Of a stretch of DNA of 64,000 bases, positions 20,622 to 29,557 are shown in pieces (position 1 is the first letter of the stretch; each line of letters opens with the position of its first letter). Origin of the DNA: Alphaproteobacteria bacterium (GTDB lineage: Bacteria > Pseudomonadota > Alphaproteobacteria > Bin95). The translations under genes and the position numbers were made by a program. Location of the stretch: contig OZ219787.1 in assembly GCA_964291285.2 (NCBI GenBank), positions 1,728,001-1,792,000 of the forward strand, read 5' to 3'. The notes beneath the pieces were generated by a model. That model was not told the origin of the DNA. It was given only the letters and a program-made list of their open reading frames with translations, and searched no databases.

Positions 20622-21314
20622 TTATGCTGCGGCAATCTCCTCCTGGAAGCGCAGTGCCGCGGCGCGGGGGTCGGGGACGCGGAGGATTTCGCGGGCGACG
20701 ACGAGGTGGTCGGCGCCGGCGGCGATGGCGGCGCGGGGGGTGGCGATGCGCTTCTGGTCGTCCGCCGGGGAGCCGGGCAGGCGGATGCCGGGCGTGACGA
20801 TCAGCATGTCCGGCCCGAGCGCCTCGCGGAGCATGGCGGCTTCCCGGCCGGACGCCACCACGCCGTCCATGCCGGCCTCCCTTGCGTGATGCGCGCGGGT
20901 CAGCACAAGCTCCTCCAGCGTGCCGCGCCAGCCGAGTTCGCGCACGCCCGCCTCGTCCATGTCGGTGAGCACGGTGATGGCGAGCAGGCGCGTCCCGGAA
21001 GCGCCCCGGCCCCGGCGGGCGGCTCCCATGACCTGCCGGTCGCCGTGTACCGTCAGCAGGTCGGCCCCCAGCGCCGCCGCGCCGCGCGCCGCGTTCTCGA
21101 CCGTCTGCCCGATGTCCCAGGCCTTGGCGTCGAGAAAGACCTTGCAGCCTTCCGCCACGAGCTCGCGCGCAAGCTCGATGCCGCCGATATAGAAGAGGCC
21201 CATGCCGATCTTGTAGAAGCGGGCGGCGTCGCCGATGCGCTCGACGATCCGGCGGGCGCTGTCGCAGTCCGGCGTGTCGAGGCCGACGATCAGGCGGTCG
21301 CGCGGGTCGGTCAC
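20622..21314 (-). CDS. pyrF: Orotidine-5'-phosphate decarboxylase
   Basis: RLIVGLD, FYKIG, FLDAK.WDIGQTV, LLTVH, TPGIR, DDQKR.ATP; GTGA overlap with upstream gene. Confidence 0.95.
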   Translation of the reverse strand: MTDPRDRLIVGLDTPDCDSARRIVERIGDAARFYKIGMGLFYIGGIELARELVAEGCKVFLDAKAWDIGQTVENAARGAAALGADLLTVHGDRQVMGAARRGRGASGTRLLAITVLTDMDEAGVRELGWRGTLEELVLTRAHHAREAGMDGVVASGREAAMLREALGPDMLIVTPGIRLPGSPADDQKRIATPRAAIAAGADHLVVAREILRVPDPRAAALRFQEEIAAA

Positions 21315-23314
21315 GAGGCGGCCCGGAAGCCTACAAGCTCGACGCCTTCCTCCACCCGGTCGCCGACGGCGAAGGGCAGGGACTCGACCGTTCCGTCGGC
21401 AGGCGCGGCGATGGTGTGCTCCATCTTCATCGCCTCCAGCACGAGCAGCGGCGCGTCTTTGCGAACCGTTTGCCCGGCCTCCACCAGCACGCGGACGACG
21501 GTGCCCGGCATGGGCGAGGTCAGCCGCCCGCCGCCGATCTCCGCGCCCTGGGCCGCGGCGCCGGGGTCTTCGAGGAGAATCTGCCGCCGCGCGCCGTCCA
21601 GGAAGACCGCGAGCCGGTTGCCGTCCGCGATGACGGCGCCGCTTTGCCGGCGGCCGTCGATTTCGGCCGTCAGCCCGCCGTCCGCGCCGCGCGCAACGCC
21701 GGCAACCGGAATCGCGCGCTCGCCGTATTCCAGCCGGTAGCCGCCGGCAGTATGGGCGGTTTCGTATGTCACCTTCTCGCCACCGTCGTCGAAGTCGAGC
21801 CGGTCGAGTCCCTCGCCGTTGAGGCGCCAGGCGTCGCCGCGGCCCCAGGGCGAGAAGCGGTCCGGCGCGGCGTCCTGCCGGGCAAGCCGGCGCGCGGCCC
21901 TGTCCTCGAGTACGGCGACGGCCGCCATGGCGCGCATGGCCTCCGCATCGCCCGCAGGCGGCGCGGCCGCCGCGATATCGTGCGTCTCGATGAAATGCGT
22001 ATCCAGCGCGGCTTCCGCGAAGGCGGGGTGGCGGACCAGGGCCTCCAGGAAGAACAGGTTGGTGCCCGGGCCGGTGATACGGGTGTCGGCGAGCGCGTCG
22101 GCCAGCGCGAGCCGGGCGCGTTCGCGGTCCTCGCCCCAGGCGGTGAGCTTGGCGATCATCGGGTCGTAGAACGGCGTGATCTCGTCGCCCGTCTCGACGC
22201 CGCTGTCGATGCGCAGGCCCGGCCGGCCTTCCGGGAATGAGAGATGGGCGAGCCGCCCCGTCTGCGGCAGGAAGCCCCGCGCCGGGTCCTCGGCATAGAG
22301 CCTGGCCTCGACGGCGTGGCCGGAGGCGGCGACGTCTTCCTGCGAGAAGGCCAGCGGCTCTCCGGCGGCTATGCGAAGCTGCCATTCCACCAGGTCGAGC
22401 CCGGTCACCATCTCGGTCACCGGGTGCTCGACCTGGAGGCGGGTGTTCATCTCGATGAAGTGGAAGGCGCCGCCCTCATCGACCAGGAATTCCACCGTGC
22501 CCGCGCCGGTATAGCCGATGGCGCGCGCGAGCCTGACGGCGGCTTCGCCCATCTCCGCGCGCAGCGAATCGGGCAGGCCGGGCGCCGGCGCCTCCTCGAT
22601 CACCTTCTGGTGCCGGCGCTGGATCGAGCAGTCGCGGTCGAGCAGGTGCAGCACCGCGCCATGCGCATCGGCCAGCACCTGCACCTCCACATGGCGGGGC
22701 CGGGCGATATAGCGCTCCAGCAGCAGCGCGCCGTCGCCGAAGGCCGCGGCGGCTTCGCGCTCCGCCGCCGCGAGCGCCCCGGCCAGGTCCTCCGCGCGTT
22801 CGACGATGCGCATGCCGCGCCCGCCGCCGCCGGCCGAGGCCTTGACCAGCACCGGATAGCCGATCTCCGCCGCCGCCTCCGCCAGCCGCTCCAGCGTTGC
22901 ATCCGCGCCGTGGTAGCCCGGCACGAGAGGCACGTTTGCGTCGGCGGCGATTTTCTTCGCGGCGCTCTTGGAGCCCATCGCCCGGATCGCGTCGGCCGGC
23001 GGGCCGACGAAGGCGAGGCCGGCTGCGGCGACGCGCTCGGCGAACTCCGCATTTTCGGAGAGGAAGCCGTAGCCCGGATGCACCGCCTCCGCGCCGGTGC
23101 GCCGCGCGGCGTCGATCAGCGCGTCGATGTCGAGATAGCTGGCCTGCGCGCGCGCCGGGCCGATGCACACGCTCTCGTCCGCCGCCCGGACATGGGCCGC
23201 GCCGGCGTCCGCCTCGGAATGGACGGCGGCGACATGCAGCCCCATGCGCCGGGCGGTCCGGGCGATGCGGCAGGCGATCTCGCCGCGGTTGGCGATCAGA
23301 AGCCGCCGGAACAT
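21311..23314 (-). CDS. mccA: Biotin carboxylase/BCCP alpha subunit of methylcrotonyl-/acyl-CoA carboxylase
   Basis: LIANRGEIA, HPGYGFLSEN, RDCSIQRRHQK, EMNTRLQVEHPVTE, EAMKME biotin site. Confidence 0.88.
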   Translation of the reverse strand: MFRRLLIANRGEIACRIARTARRMGLHVAAVHSEADAGAAHVRAADESVCIGPARAQASYLDIDALIDAARRTGAEAVHPGYGFLSENAEFAERVAAAGLAFVGPPADAIRAMGSKSAAKKIAADANVPLVPGYHGADATLERLAEAAAEIGYPVLVKASAGGGGRGMRIVERAEDLAGALAAAEREAAAAFGDGALLLERYIARPRHVEVQVLADAHGAVLHLLDRDCSIQRRHQKVIEEAPAPGLPDSLRAEMGEAAVRLARAIGYTGAGTVEFLVDEGGAFHFIEMNTRLQVEHPVTEMVTGLDLVEWQLRIAAGEPLAFSQEDVAASGHAVEARLYAEDPARGFLPQTGRLAHLSFPEGRPGLRIDSGVETGDEITPFYDPMIAKLTAWGEDRERARLALADALADTRITGPGTNLFFLEALVRHPAFAEAALDTHFIETHDIAAAAPPAGDAEAMRAMAAVAVLEDRAARRLARQDAAPDRFSPWGRGDAWRLNGEGLDRLDFDDGGEKVTYETAHTAGGYRLEYGERAIPVAGVARGADGGLTAEIDGRRQSGAVIADGNRLAVFLDGARRQILLEDPGAAAQGAEIGGGRLTSPMPGTVVRVLVEAGQTVRKDAPLLVLEAMKMEHTIAAPADGTVESLPFAVGDRVEEGVELVGFRAAS

Positions 23315-23443
23315 GATGCACCCATTCCCCGAAAACGCCCCCGCTCGACGCCGCCACCATAGCCGCGCCGCCGGGCGGGCGGAAGACGGCAACGCGGAGC
23401 GCGGCAATTGCATATCGCCGGGCGCGAGCGCATATTTGCAGCC

Positions 23444-23689
23444 ATGAAGGAGATTGTTGCCAAGGAAGCGGGGATCGGTCCGATCCTCGACGCCGCCCGC
23501 GAAGCGCCGGTCCGTATCGCAGGCGAAGACGGGACTGTCTGCGTGGCCATGTCCCTGGAGCGCTATGAGCGTCTTCGCGAAGCCGCCTGGGACCGGCTCG
23601 CGGTGTCGATAGACAATCTCCGAAAGGAGGCGGCGGCCAACGGTTTGACGGAAGCGAAGCTCGAAGCGCTTCTGGCCGATGAAAGCTAG
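23444..23689 (+). CDS. Phd/YefM-type antitoxin
   Basis: 81 aa; G.ILDAA..APVRI..VAMSLERYERL; overlaps the PIN gene start. Confidence 0.75.
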   Translation: MKEIVAKEAGIGPILDAAREAPVRIAGEDGTVCVAMSLERYERLREAAWDRLAVSIDNLRKEAAANGLTEAKLEALLADES

Positions 23690-24113
23690 GCGTGTCGTTG
23701 TTGACACGAATGTCCTGATAAGTGCGGTGCTTCAGCCCCAGGGACCGCCGCAAGCGGTAGTCGATACCGTTCTGGCGGAAAGGATTGCGCCGCTGTTTTG
23801 CGACGCAACTTTCGAAGAATTGCGGAGCAGGCTTCGGCGCCGGAAATTCGACCGTTACGTGGGACACGCAAGCCGCGAATTCCATCTTGAGCGGCTTGCG
23901 GACGTTGCCGAATGGGTTGCGATTTCCGGTACTCCCATGGGCTGCCGGGACCCGGACGACGACAAGTTCCTGGAGACGGCGCTTCGGGGCGGCGCGGACT
24001 GCCTGATTACCGGCGACCGGGACCTGCTGGAGATGTCGCCGTTCATGGGCATTCCGATCGTGACGCCCGCGGGTTTCCTTGCGGTGCGGGATGAGTCCGC
24101 ATCGCGGGATTGA
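23679..24113 (+). CDS. PIN-domain toxin (TIGR00305-type)
   Basis: VVVDTNVLISA, CRDPDDDKFLETA, LITGDRDLL. Confidence 0.9.
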   Translation: MKARRVVVDTNVLISAVLQPQGPPQAVVDTVLAERIAPLFCDATFEELRSRLRRRKFDRYVGHASREFHLERLADVAEWVAISGTPMGCRDPDDDKFLETALRGGADCLITGDRDLLEMSPFMGIPIVTPAGFLAVRDESASRD

Positions 24114-24150
24114 GGCGGGCGGCAGACGCGGCCTCGTGTAACATGGCGGC

Positions 24151-26250
24151 ATGATTCGGGCGTTCGGGATTCTGGCGGTCCTCGCCGTCCTCTGGGGCTG
24201 GCCGGCCGGCATGGCGGCGCAGGAAGCGCCGGCCGGGCCGGACGTGGCGGAACTGGAGGCGCTGGCTGCCGAGCTGAAGGACGAGGCGAAGCGGGCGGCG
24301 CTTGTCCGGCGCATCGAGGCGCTGGCGGCGGCGCGGCGCGGGGGCGAACCGGAAGCGGAGGAACCGGCGCGCGGGCCGCTGGCGTCCGTCACCGAGAGCA
24401 TCGCGGCCTTCGGCGGCGATGTCGCGGGGTCGCTGTCCTTCGCGTTCGATCCCGGCGTGTTCCGCCAATGGCTGGAGCAGGGGTTCGACGATCCGGCGAG
24501 CGGCGCGCCCCTCTGGACGGTGCTCGGACAGGCGCTGCTGGTCCTGCTCGCCGGGTTCGTCGTCGAAATCGCGGCGCGGCGCCTCATGGCGGGCCTGCGC
24601 CGGGCCTCGGAGCGGCCGGAGGCCGGCGGCGCCGGCGAGCGGCTGCTGGCGGCGGCGGTCGCGCTGCTGCTCGGGATCGTGCCTGTCGCGGCCTTCGCGG
24701 TCGCGAGCTTCGCTGCGGTTTCCGTGGCGGCGCTGCCGCAGACCGCGGCGGAACTGGTCCTCGCCGTCGTCTATGCGAGCAGCGGGGCGCGGCTTGCGAT
24801 GCTGGCGGTGCGCGCGGTGACGGAGCCGCTCGACGGTGGCGCGGGCCTGCTCACCTGGCTCCGGCGCCTGGTTCTCGCCGTCGCCTACGGTTGGCTCGTC
24901 TGCGAGGCCGCGCGCATCTTCGCGCTGCCGCCGGCGCCTTACCGGCTGCTGGTCGATCTCGCCGGCCTGGCGGTGCTGGCCGTGGCCGTCTCCATGGTGC
25001 TGCGCAACCGCAGGACCGTCAGGGACCGCCTGCGCGGCGACGGGAGCGGGATCGGGGCCCGGCTTGCCGATGTCTGGCATGTCGTCGCCATCGCCTATCT
25101 GGCGGCCGTCTTCCTGGTCTGGGCCGCCGCGGTGGAAGGCGGGTTCGCCTATGTCGGGGAGGCGTCTGCCTGGACGGTCGCGGCCGCCGCCGCCGCACGA
25201 CTGGCCGACCTCGGCGTTCTGCGGCTCGTCGATATGGCGGCGCGCTGGGAAGTCCGGGCCAACAGCCGGTTCCCCGGCGTCAAGGCGCGCGCCGACCGCT
25301 ATGTGCCGGTCCTGCGCAAATGCCTCAGGACGGGCGTATGGCTCATCGCCGCGGTCGCCGCGCTGGAGGCATGGCGCGCGCCGGTGCTGGACCTGCTGGC
25401 GGCGCCGGCGGGAGAGCGCATCATCGGCGCTCTGGTGCGGATTGCGCTGGTCCTCGGCGTCTTCCTCGTGCTGTGGGAGGCGCTCTGCCTCGCCATCGAG
25501 CGCTATCTGGACGCCCGCGACGAGGACGGCAACCCGGTCGAGCGCAGCGGCAGGGCGCGCACCCTGCTGCCGCTGCTGCGCCGTGCGAGCGCCGTGCTGC
25601 TGCTGACGGTGGGCGGGCTGACGGCCGCCTCCGAACTCGGCATCGACATCGCCCCGCTGCTGGCCGGCGTCGGCATCGCCGGCCTCGCCATCGGCTTCGG
25701 GGCGCAGACGCTGGTGAAGGACGTCATCACCGGCCTGTTCATCGTCATGGAGGACCAGGTTGCGGTCGGCGAATATGTGTCCGTCGCGGGTCATGCCGGT
25801 ATCGTCGAGGGCATGTCGATCCGCACCATCCGTCTCAGGGACCTCTCGGGCACCGTCCATGTCGTGCCGTTCGGCGAGGTCGGCACGGTCGAGAACCTGA
25901 CGCGCGATTACTCATACGCGGTGATCGACGCGGGCGTCGGGTACGGCGAGGACACCGACCGCGTGAGCGACGTGCTGCGCGAGATCGCGGCCGGGATGGA
26001 AAGCGACGGGGACTGGCGGGACCGCGTCATCCCGCCCTTCGAGGTGTTCGGCGTCCAGGAGCTTGGCGACTCGGCTGTTGTCGTCCGCTGCCGCTTCAAA
26101 ACGCCGCCCATGCACCAGTGGGCGGTCGCGCGCGAGTTCCGCCGCCGGATGAAGAAGCGTTTCGACGAGCTCGGGATCGAAATCCCGTTCCCGCACCGGA
26201 CCGTCTATTTCGGCGGCGGCAAGCCTCCGGAGCCCGAGCCGGAAAGCTGA
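24151..26250 (+). CDS. MscS-family mechanosensitive channel (YbiO-like, long N-terminal TM region)
   Basis: Signal peptide, many TM helices, GLAIGFGAQTLVKDVITG, GIEIPFP. Confidence 0.9.
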   Translation: MIRAFGILAVLAVLWGWPAGMAAQEAPAGPDVAELEALAAELKDEAKRAALVRRIEALAAARRGGEPEAEEPARGPLASVTESIAAFGGDVAGSLSFAFDPGVFRQWLEQGFDDPASGAPLWTVLGQALLVLLAGFVVEIAARRLMAGLRRASERPEAGGAGERLLAAAVALLLGIVPVAAFAVASFAAVSVAALPQTAAELVLAVVYASSGARLAMLAVRAVTEPLDGGAGLLTWLRRLVLAVAYGWLVCEAARIFALPPAPYRLLVDLAGLAVLAVAVSMVLRNRRTVRDRLRGDGSGIGARLADVWHVVAIAYLAAVFLVWAAAVEGGFAYVGEASAWTVAAAAAARLADLGVLRLVDMAARWEVRANSRFPGVKARADRYVPVLRKCLRTGVWLIAAVAALEAWRAPVLDLLAAPAGERIIGALVRIALVLGVFLVLWEALCLAIERYLDARDEDGNPVERSGRARTLLPLLRRASAVLLLTVGGLTAASELGIDIAPLLAGVGIAGLAIGFGAQTLVKDVITGLFIVMEDQVAVGEYVSVAGHAGIVEGMSIRTIRLRDLSGTVHVVPFGEVGTVENLTRDYSYAVIDAGVGYGEDTDRVSDVLREIAAGMESDGDWRDRVIPPFEVFGVQELGDSAVVVRCRFKTPPMHQWAVAREFRRRMKKRFDELGIEIPFPHRTVYFGGGKPPEPEPES

Positions 26251-26753
26251 TCGCGGAGGAACGCCAGGATCTCCGGCGCATCCCATTCCGCCGGGCCTTC
26301 GAGGCGTCCGACCTCCCGGCCTTGCGCGTCGATCAAGACGGTCGTGGGCAGGATGCGGACATTCATCGCGCCGCCGACGGCGTTGCGGGGGTCGAGATAG
26401 CGCTTCAGCCGCGCAATGCCGTGCTCGTTGAAGAACGGGTCCACCCGCTCGGCCCCGCCCCGGTCTATGGAGAGCGCCACGACCTCCAGTTTTTCGCCGC
26501 CGAGTTCGCCCTGCAATCGGTCGAGCGAGGGCATTTCGCGCCGGCAGGGGGCGCACCATGTGGCCCAGAAATTAAGCACGACCAGCTTGCCGCCGAACCG
26601 GGCGAGCGTTATCTCGCCGCCGTCGGGGCCGGTGAAGGCGGCGTCCGGCGCGGGTGCCGGCGGGTCCGTCTTCCGGTAGTTTTGCAGCCAGCCCTCCGCC
26701 GCCGCGGCGGTTCCGCCGGCGATACAGAAGACCAGGAGAAGCGAGCGCAGCAT
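26205..26753 (-). CDS. tlpA: TlpA-family thiol-disulfide reductase
   Basis: Hydrophobic N-terminus, [28 protein letters not shown]. Confidence 0.9.
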   Translation of the reverse strand: MLRSLLLVFCIAGGTAAAAEGWLQNYRKTDPPAPAPDAAFTGPDGGEITLARFGGKLVVLNFWATWCAPCRREMPSLDRLQGELGGEKLEVVALSIDRGGAERVDPFFNEHGIARLKRYLDPRNAVGGAMNVRILPTTVLIDAQGREVGRLEGPAEWDAPEILAFLRDQLSGSGSGGLPPPK

Positions 26754-28158
26754 GGCGCCTCCCCAAAGTTCCGACCCGCCCGCCAACGCCATGTGGGGCG
26801 GGCGCTTCGCCGGCGGGCCGTCGGACATCATGGCCGCGATCAACGCCTCCGTCGGCTTCGACCGGCGCCTGCACGCACAGGATATCCGCGGCTCGCGCGC
26901 CCACCTGGACATGCTCGAAGCCGCGGGCATCGTGAGCGCGCCGGACGCCGCGGCGATCCGCGAGGGCCTCGACCGGGTCGAGCAGGAGATAGCGGCAGGA
27001 CGCTTCGTCTTCAAGCCGGAGCTCGAGGACATCCACATGAACATCGAGGCCCGGCTGGCGGAGCTGGTCGGCCCGGTGGCCGGCCGCCTGCACACGGCGC
27101 GCTCGCGCAACGACCAGGTGGCGACGGACTTCCGGCTCTGGGTGCGGGACGAGATCGACGCCGTCGATGCGGCGCTCGTCGATGCCCAGGCCGCCTTCAT
27201 CGGGAAGGCTGAGGCCTGGCCGGACCTGCCCATGCCGGGCTTCACGCATTTGCAGAACGGCCAGCCGGTCACATTCGGCCACCACATGCTGGCCTATGTC
27301 GAGATGCTGGGCCGCGACCGGGAGCGCTTCGCCGATGCCCGGTGTCGCCTGAACGAATCGCCGCTGGGCGCGGCCGCGCTGGCGGGCACGCCGTTTCCCA
27401 TCGACCGGGAGATGACGGCCGCCGCGCTCGGCTTCGACCGGCCGGCGGCCAATTCCATGGATGCCGTTTCCGACCGCGACTTCGCGCTGGAGTTCCTGGC
27501 GGCGGGTGCGATCACGGCGCTTCACCTTTCCCGGTTTGCGGAAGAGGTTGTGCTTTGGACGAGCGCGCAATTCCGCTTCGTCAGCCTCTCCGACGCCTTC
27601 ACCACGGGCAGCTCGATCATGCCGCAGAAGCGCAACCCGGATGCGGCGGAGTTGGTGCGGGCCAAGCCGGGACGGCTGCTCGGCGCCTTCACCTCGCTCG
27701 CCACCATGCTCAAGGGGCTTCCGCTCACCTATGGCAAGGACATGCAGGAGGACAAGGAGCCGACCTTCGAGGCGGCCGACTCGCTGATGCTGGCCATCGC
27801 CGCTACAGCCGGCATGGTGCGCGACATGGAACCGGATCCCGGGCGGCTCCGGGCTGCGGCCGAGGTCGGTCATCCGACCGCCACCGACCTCGCCGACTGG
27901 CTGGTGCGCAGGCTCGGCATGCCCTTCCGGGAAGCGCACCGCGTGACGGGGGAGCTGGTGGCCGAGGCCGACCGGCGCGGGCTTGCACTCTCCCGATTGC
28001 CGCTTGACGCCATGCAGGCGGTTGAGGCCGGCATCGACGAAAGCGTGTACGATGTCCTTTCCATAGAGCGGTCGATTGCAGCGCGGACCAGCTACGGCGG
28101 AACCGCGCCGGAGAATGTGCGCCGCGCCGCAGCGGCCGCGCGGGAGCGTTTCCTGTGA
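26752..28158 (+). CDS. argH: Argininosuccinate lyase (alternative start 26791)
   Basis: [36 protein letters not shown]. Confidence 0.97.
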   Translation: MAPPQSSDPPANAMWGGRFAGGPSDIMAAINASVGFDRRLHAQDIRGSRAHLDMLEAAGIVSAPDAAAIREGLDRVEQEIAAGRFVFKPELEDIHMNIEARLAELVGPVAGRLHTARSRNDQVATDFRLWVRDEIDAVDAALVDAQAAFIGKAEAWPDLPMPGFTHLQNGQPVTFGHHMLAYVEMLGRDRERFADARCRLNESPLGAAALAGTPFPIDREMTAAALGFDRPAANSMDAVSDRDFALEFLAAGAITALHLSRFAEEVVLWTSAQFRFVSLSDAFTTGSSIMPQKRNPDAAELVRAKPGRLLGAFTSLATMLKGLPLTYGKDMQEDKEPTFEAADSLMLAIAATAGMVRDMEPDPGRLRAAAEVGHPTATDLADWLVRRLGMPFREAHRVTGELVAEADRRGLALSRLPLDAMQAVEAGIDESVYDVLSIERSIAARTSYGGTAPENVRRAAAAARERFL

Positions 28159-28286
28159 AGACCCTGTGCTGGATTCTGTTGTTCGCCGCGCTTTCAGCCG
28201 CGTTATCGGGCTGCGGACGCAAAAGCGACCTCGAGCACCCGCCGGAGTCGGAAGCGACTTTCCCGAGGACCTATCCCACCAAATGA
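28155..28286 (+). CDS. Small lipoprotein, LppL/LptM(YifL)-like, 43 aa (not in ORF track)
   Basis: Translated by hand: [43 protein letters not shown]; lipobox LSGC; GTGA and ATGA overlaps with argH and lysA. Confidence 0.8.
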   Translation: MKTLCWILLFAALSAALSGCGRKSDLEHPPESEATFPRTYPTK

Positions 28287-29557
28287 GGCCGTTCGACTAT
28301 ATCGGCGGCAGCCTGGCGGCCGGGCCGGTCCGGCTGGCGGACGTCGCGGCCGAGGTAGGCACACCCGTCTATGTGTATTCCGCCGACGCCGTCGAGGCCG
28401 CCTATCGCGAGTTCGAGGCGGCGCTGGCCCCGGCGCGCATCTGCTATGCGATGAAGGCGAACGGCAACCTTGCGGTGCTGCGGCTGCTGGCCGGGCTCGG
28501 AGCGGGCGCGGATGTCGTGTCGGAGGGTGAGCTCCGGCGCGCGCTTGCAGCCGGCATTCCGCCGGAAAAGATCGTCTTCTCCGGAGTCGGCAAGACCGAC
28601 GCGGAAATGGAGGCCGCGCTCCGGAGCGGCATTCTCCAGATCAACTGCGAGAGCGCATCGGAAGTCCGCAGCCTGTCGCGCATCGCGTCGGGCTTCGGCC
28701 TGACCGCGTCCGTCGCGCTCCGGATCAATCCCGATGTGGATGCCGGCACGCTCGACCAGATCAGCACCGGGCGTAAGACCGACAAGTTCGGCGTGGCGTG
28801 GACCGAGGCGCCGGCCCTCTTCCGCGAGGCCGCCGGGCTTCCCGGCCTGTCGATGGAAGGGATTGCGGTGCATATCGGCTCGCAACTGGGCGAACTGGAG
28901 CCTTACCGCCGCGCCTTCAGCCGTGTCGCCGAGCTCACGCGCATTCTGGGGGCCGACGGCGCCCGCATCCGGCGCCTCGACCTCGGCGGCGGGTTCGGTA
29001 TCCGCTATTGCGACGAGACGCCCTTGCCGCTTGCCGGCTACGCAAGGGTCGTTGAAGAGGAGGTCGGCGGCCTCGGTTGCGAATTGGTGGTGGAGCCGGG
29101 CCGGCGGCTGGTGGGGCCGGCCGGCGTCCTGCTCGCGCGGGTGGTTGCCGTCAAGGAGACACCGGCCCGCCGATTCGTTATTGTCGATGCCGGCATGAAC
29201 GATCTGGTCCGCCCAATGATGTACGGGGCCTGGCACGATATCCTGCCTCTCGCGGCTCCGCCGGAAGGAGCCGAATACCGGCCGGCGGATGTGGTGGGAC
29301 CGGTTTGCGAGACGACGGACAAATTCGCCGATGAGCGCCTGCTGCCACCGCTGGAGGCGGGCGACCTCGTGGCCTTCTGCGAGGCCGGAGCCTATGGCGC
29401 CGTAATGGCCTCGACCTATAACGGGCGCCCGCTCGTGCCGGAAGTGCTGGTGCGGGGCGCCCGGTTCGATGTAGTGCGCGTCCGCCCGACCTTCGAGGAA
29501 AACCTGGCACTGGAGCGACTGCCGGACTGGCTCCGCGGCTCGGACGGAAGCGGATGA
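28283..29557 (+). CDS. lysA: Diaminopimelate decarboxylase
   Basis: CYAMKAN, HIGSQ, DLGGG, EPGR, GPVCETTD, GAYG.VMASTYN. Confidence 0.96.
   Translation: MRPFDYIGGSLAAGPVRLADVAAEVGTPVYVYSADAVEAAYREFEAALAPARICYAMKANGNLAVLRLLAGLGAGADVVSEGELRRALAAGIPPEKIVFSGVGKTDAEMEAALRSGILQINCESASEVRSLSRIASGFGLTASVALRINPDVDAGTLDQISTGRKTDKFGVAWTEAPALFREAAGLPGLSMEGIAVHIGSQLGELEPYRRAFSRVAELTRILGADGARIRRLDLGGGFGIRYCDETPLPLAGYARVVEEEVGGLGCELVVEPGRRLVGPAGVLLARVVAVKETPARRFVIVDAGMNDLVRPMMYGAWHDILPLAAPPEGAEYRPADVVGPVCETTDKFADERLLPPLEAGDLVAFCEAGAYGAVMASTYNGRPLVPEVLVRGARFDVVRVRPTFEENLALERLPDWLRGSDGSG

Noticed and set aside
23340-24150. Mobile element around the TA pair
   Set aside because: No transposase, integrase, terminal repeats or target duplication seen
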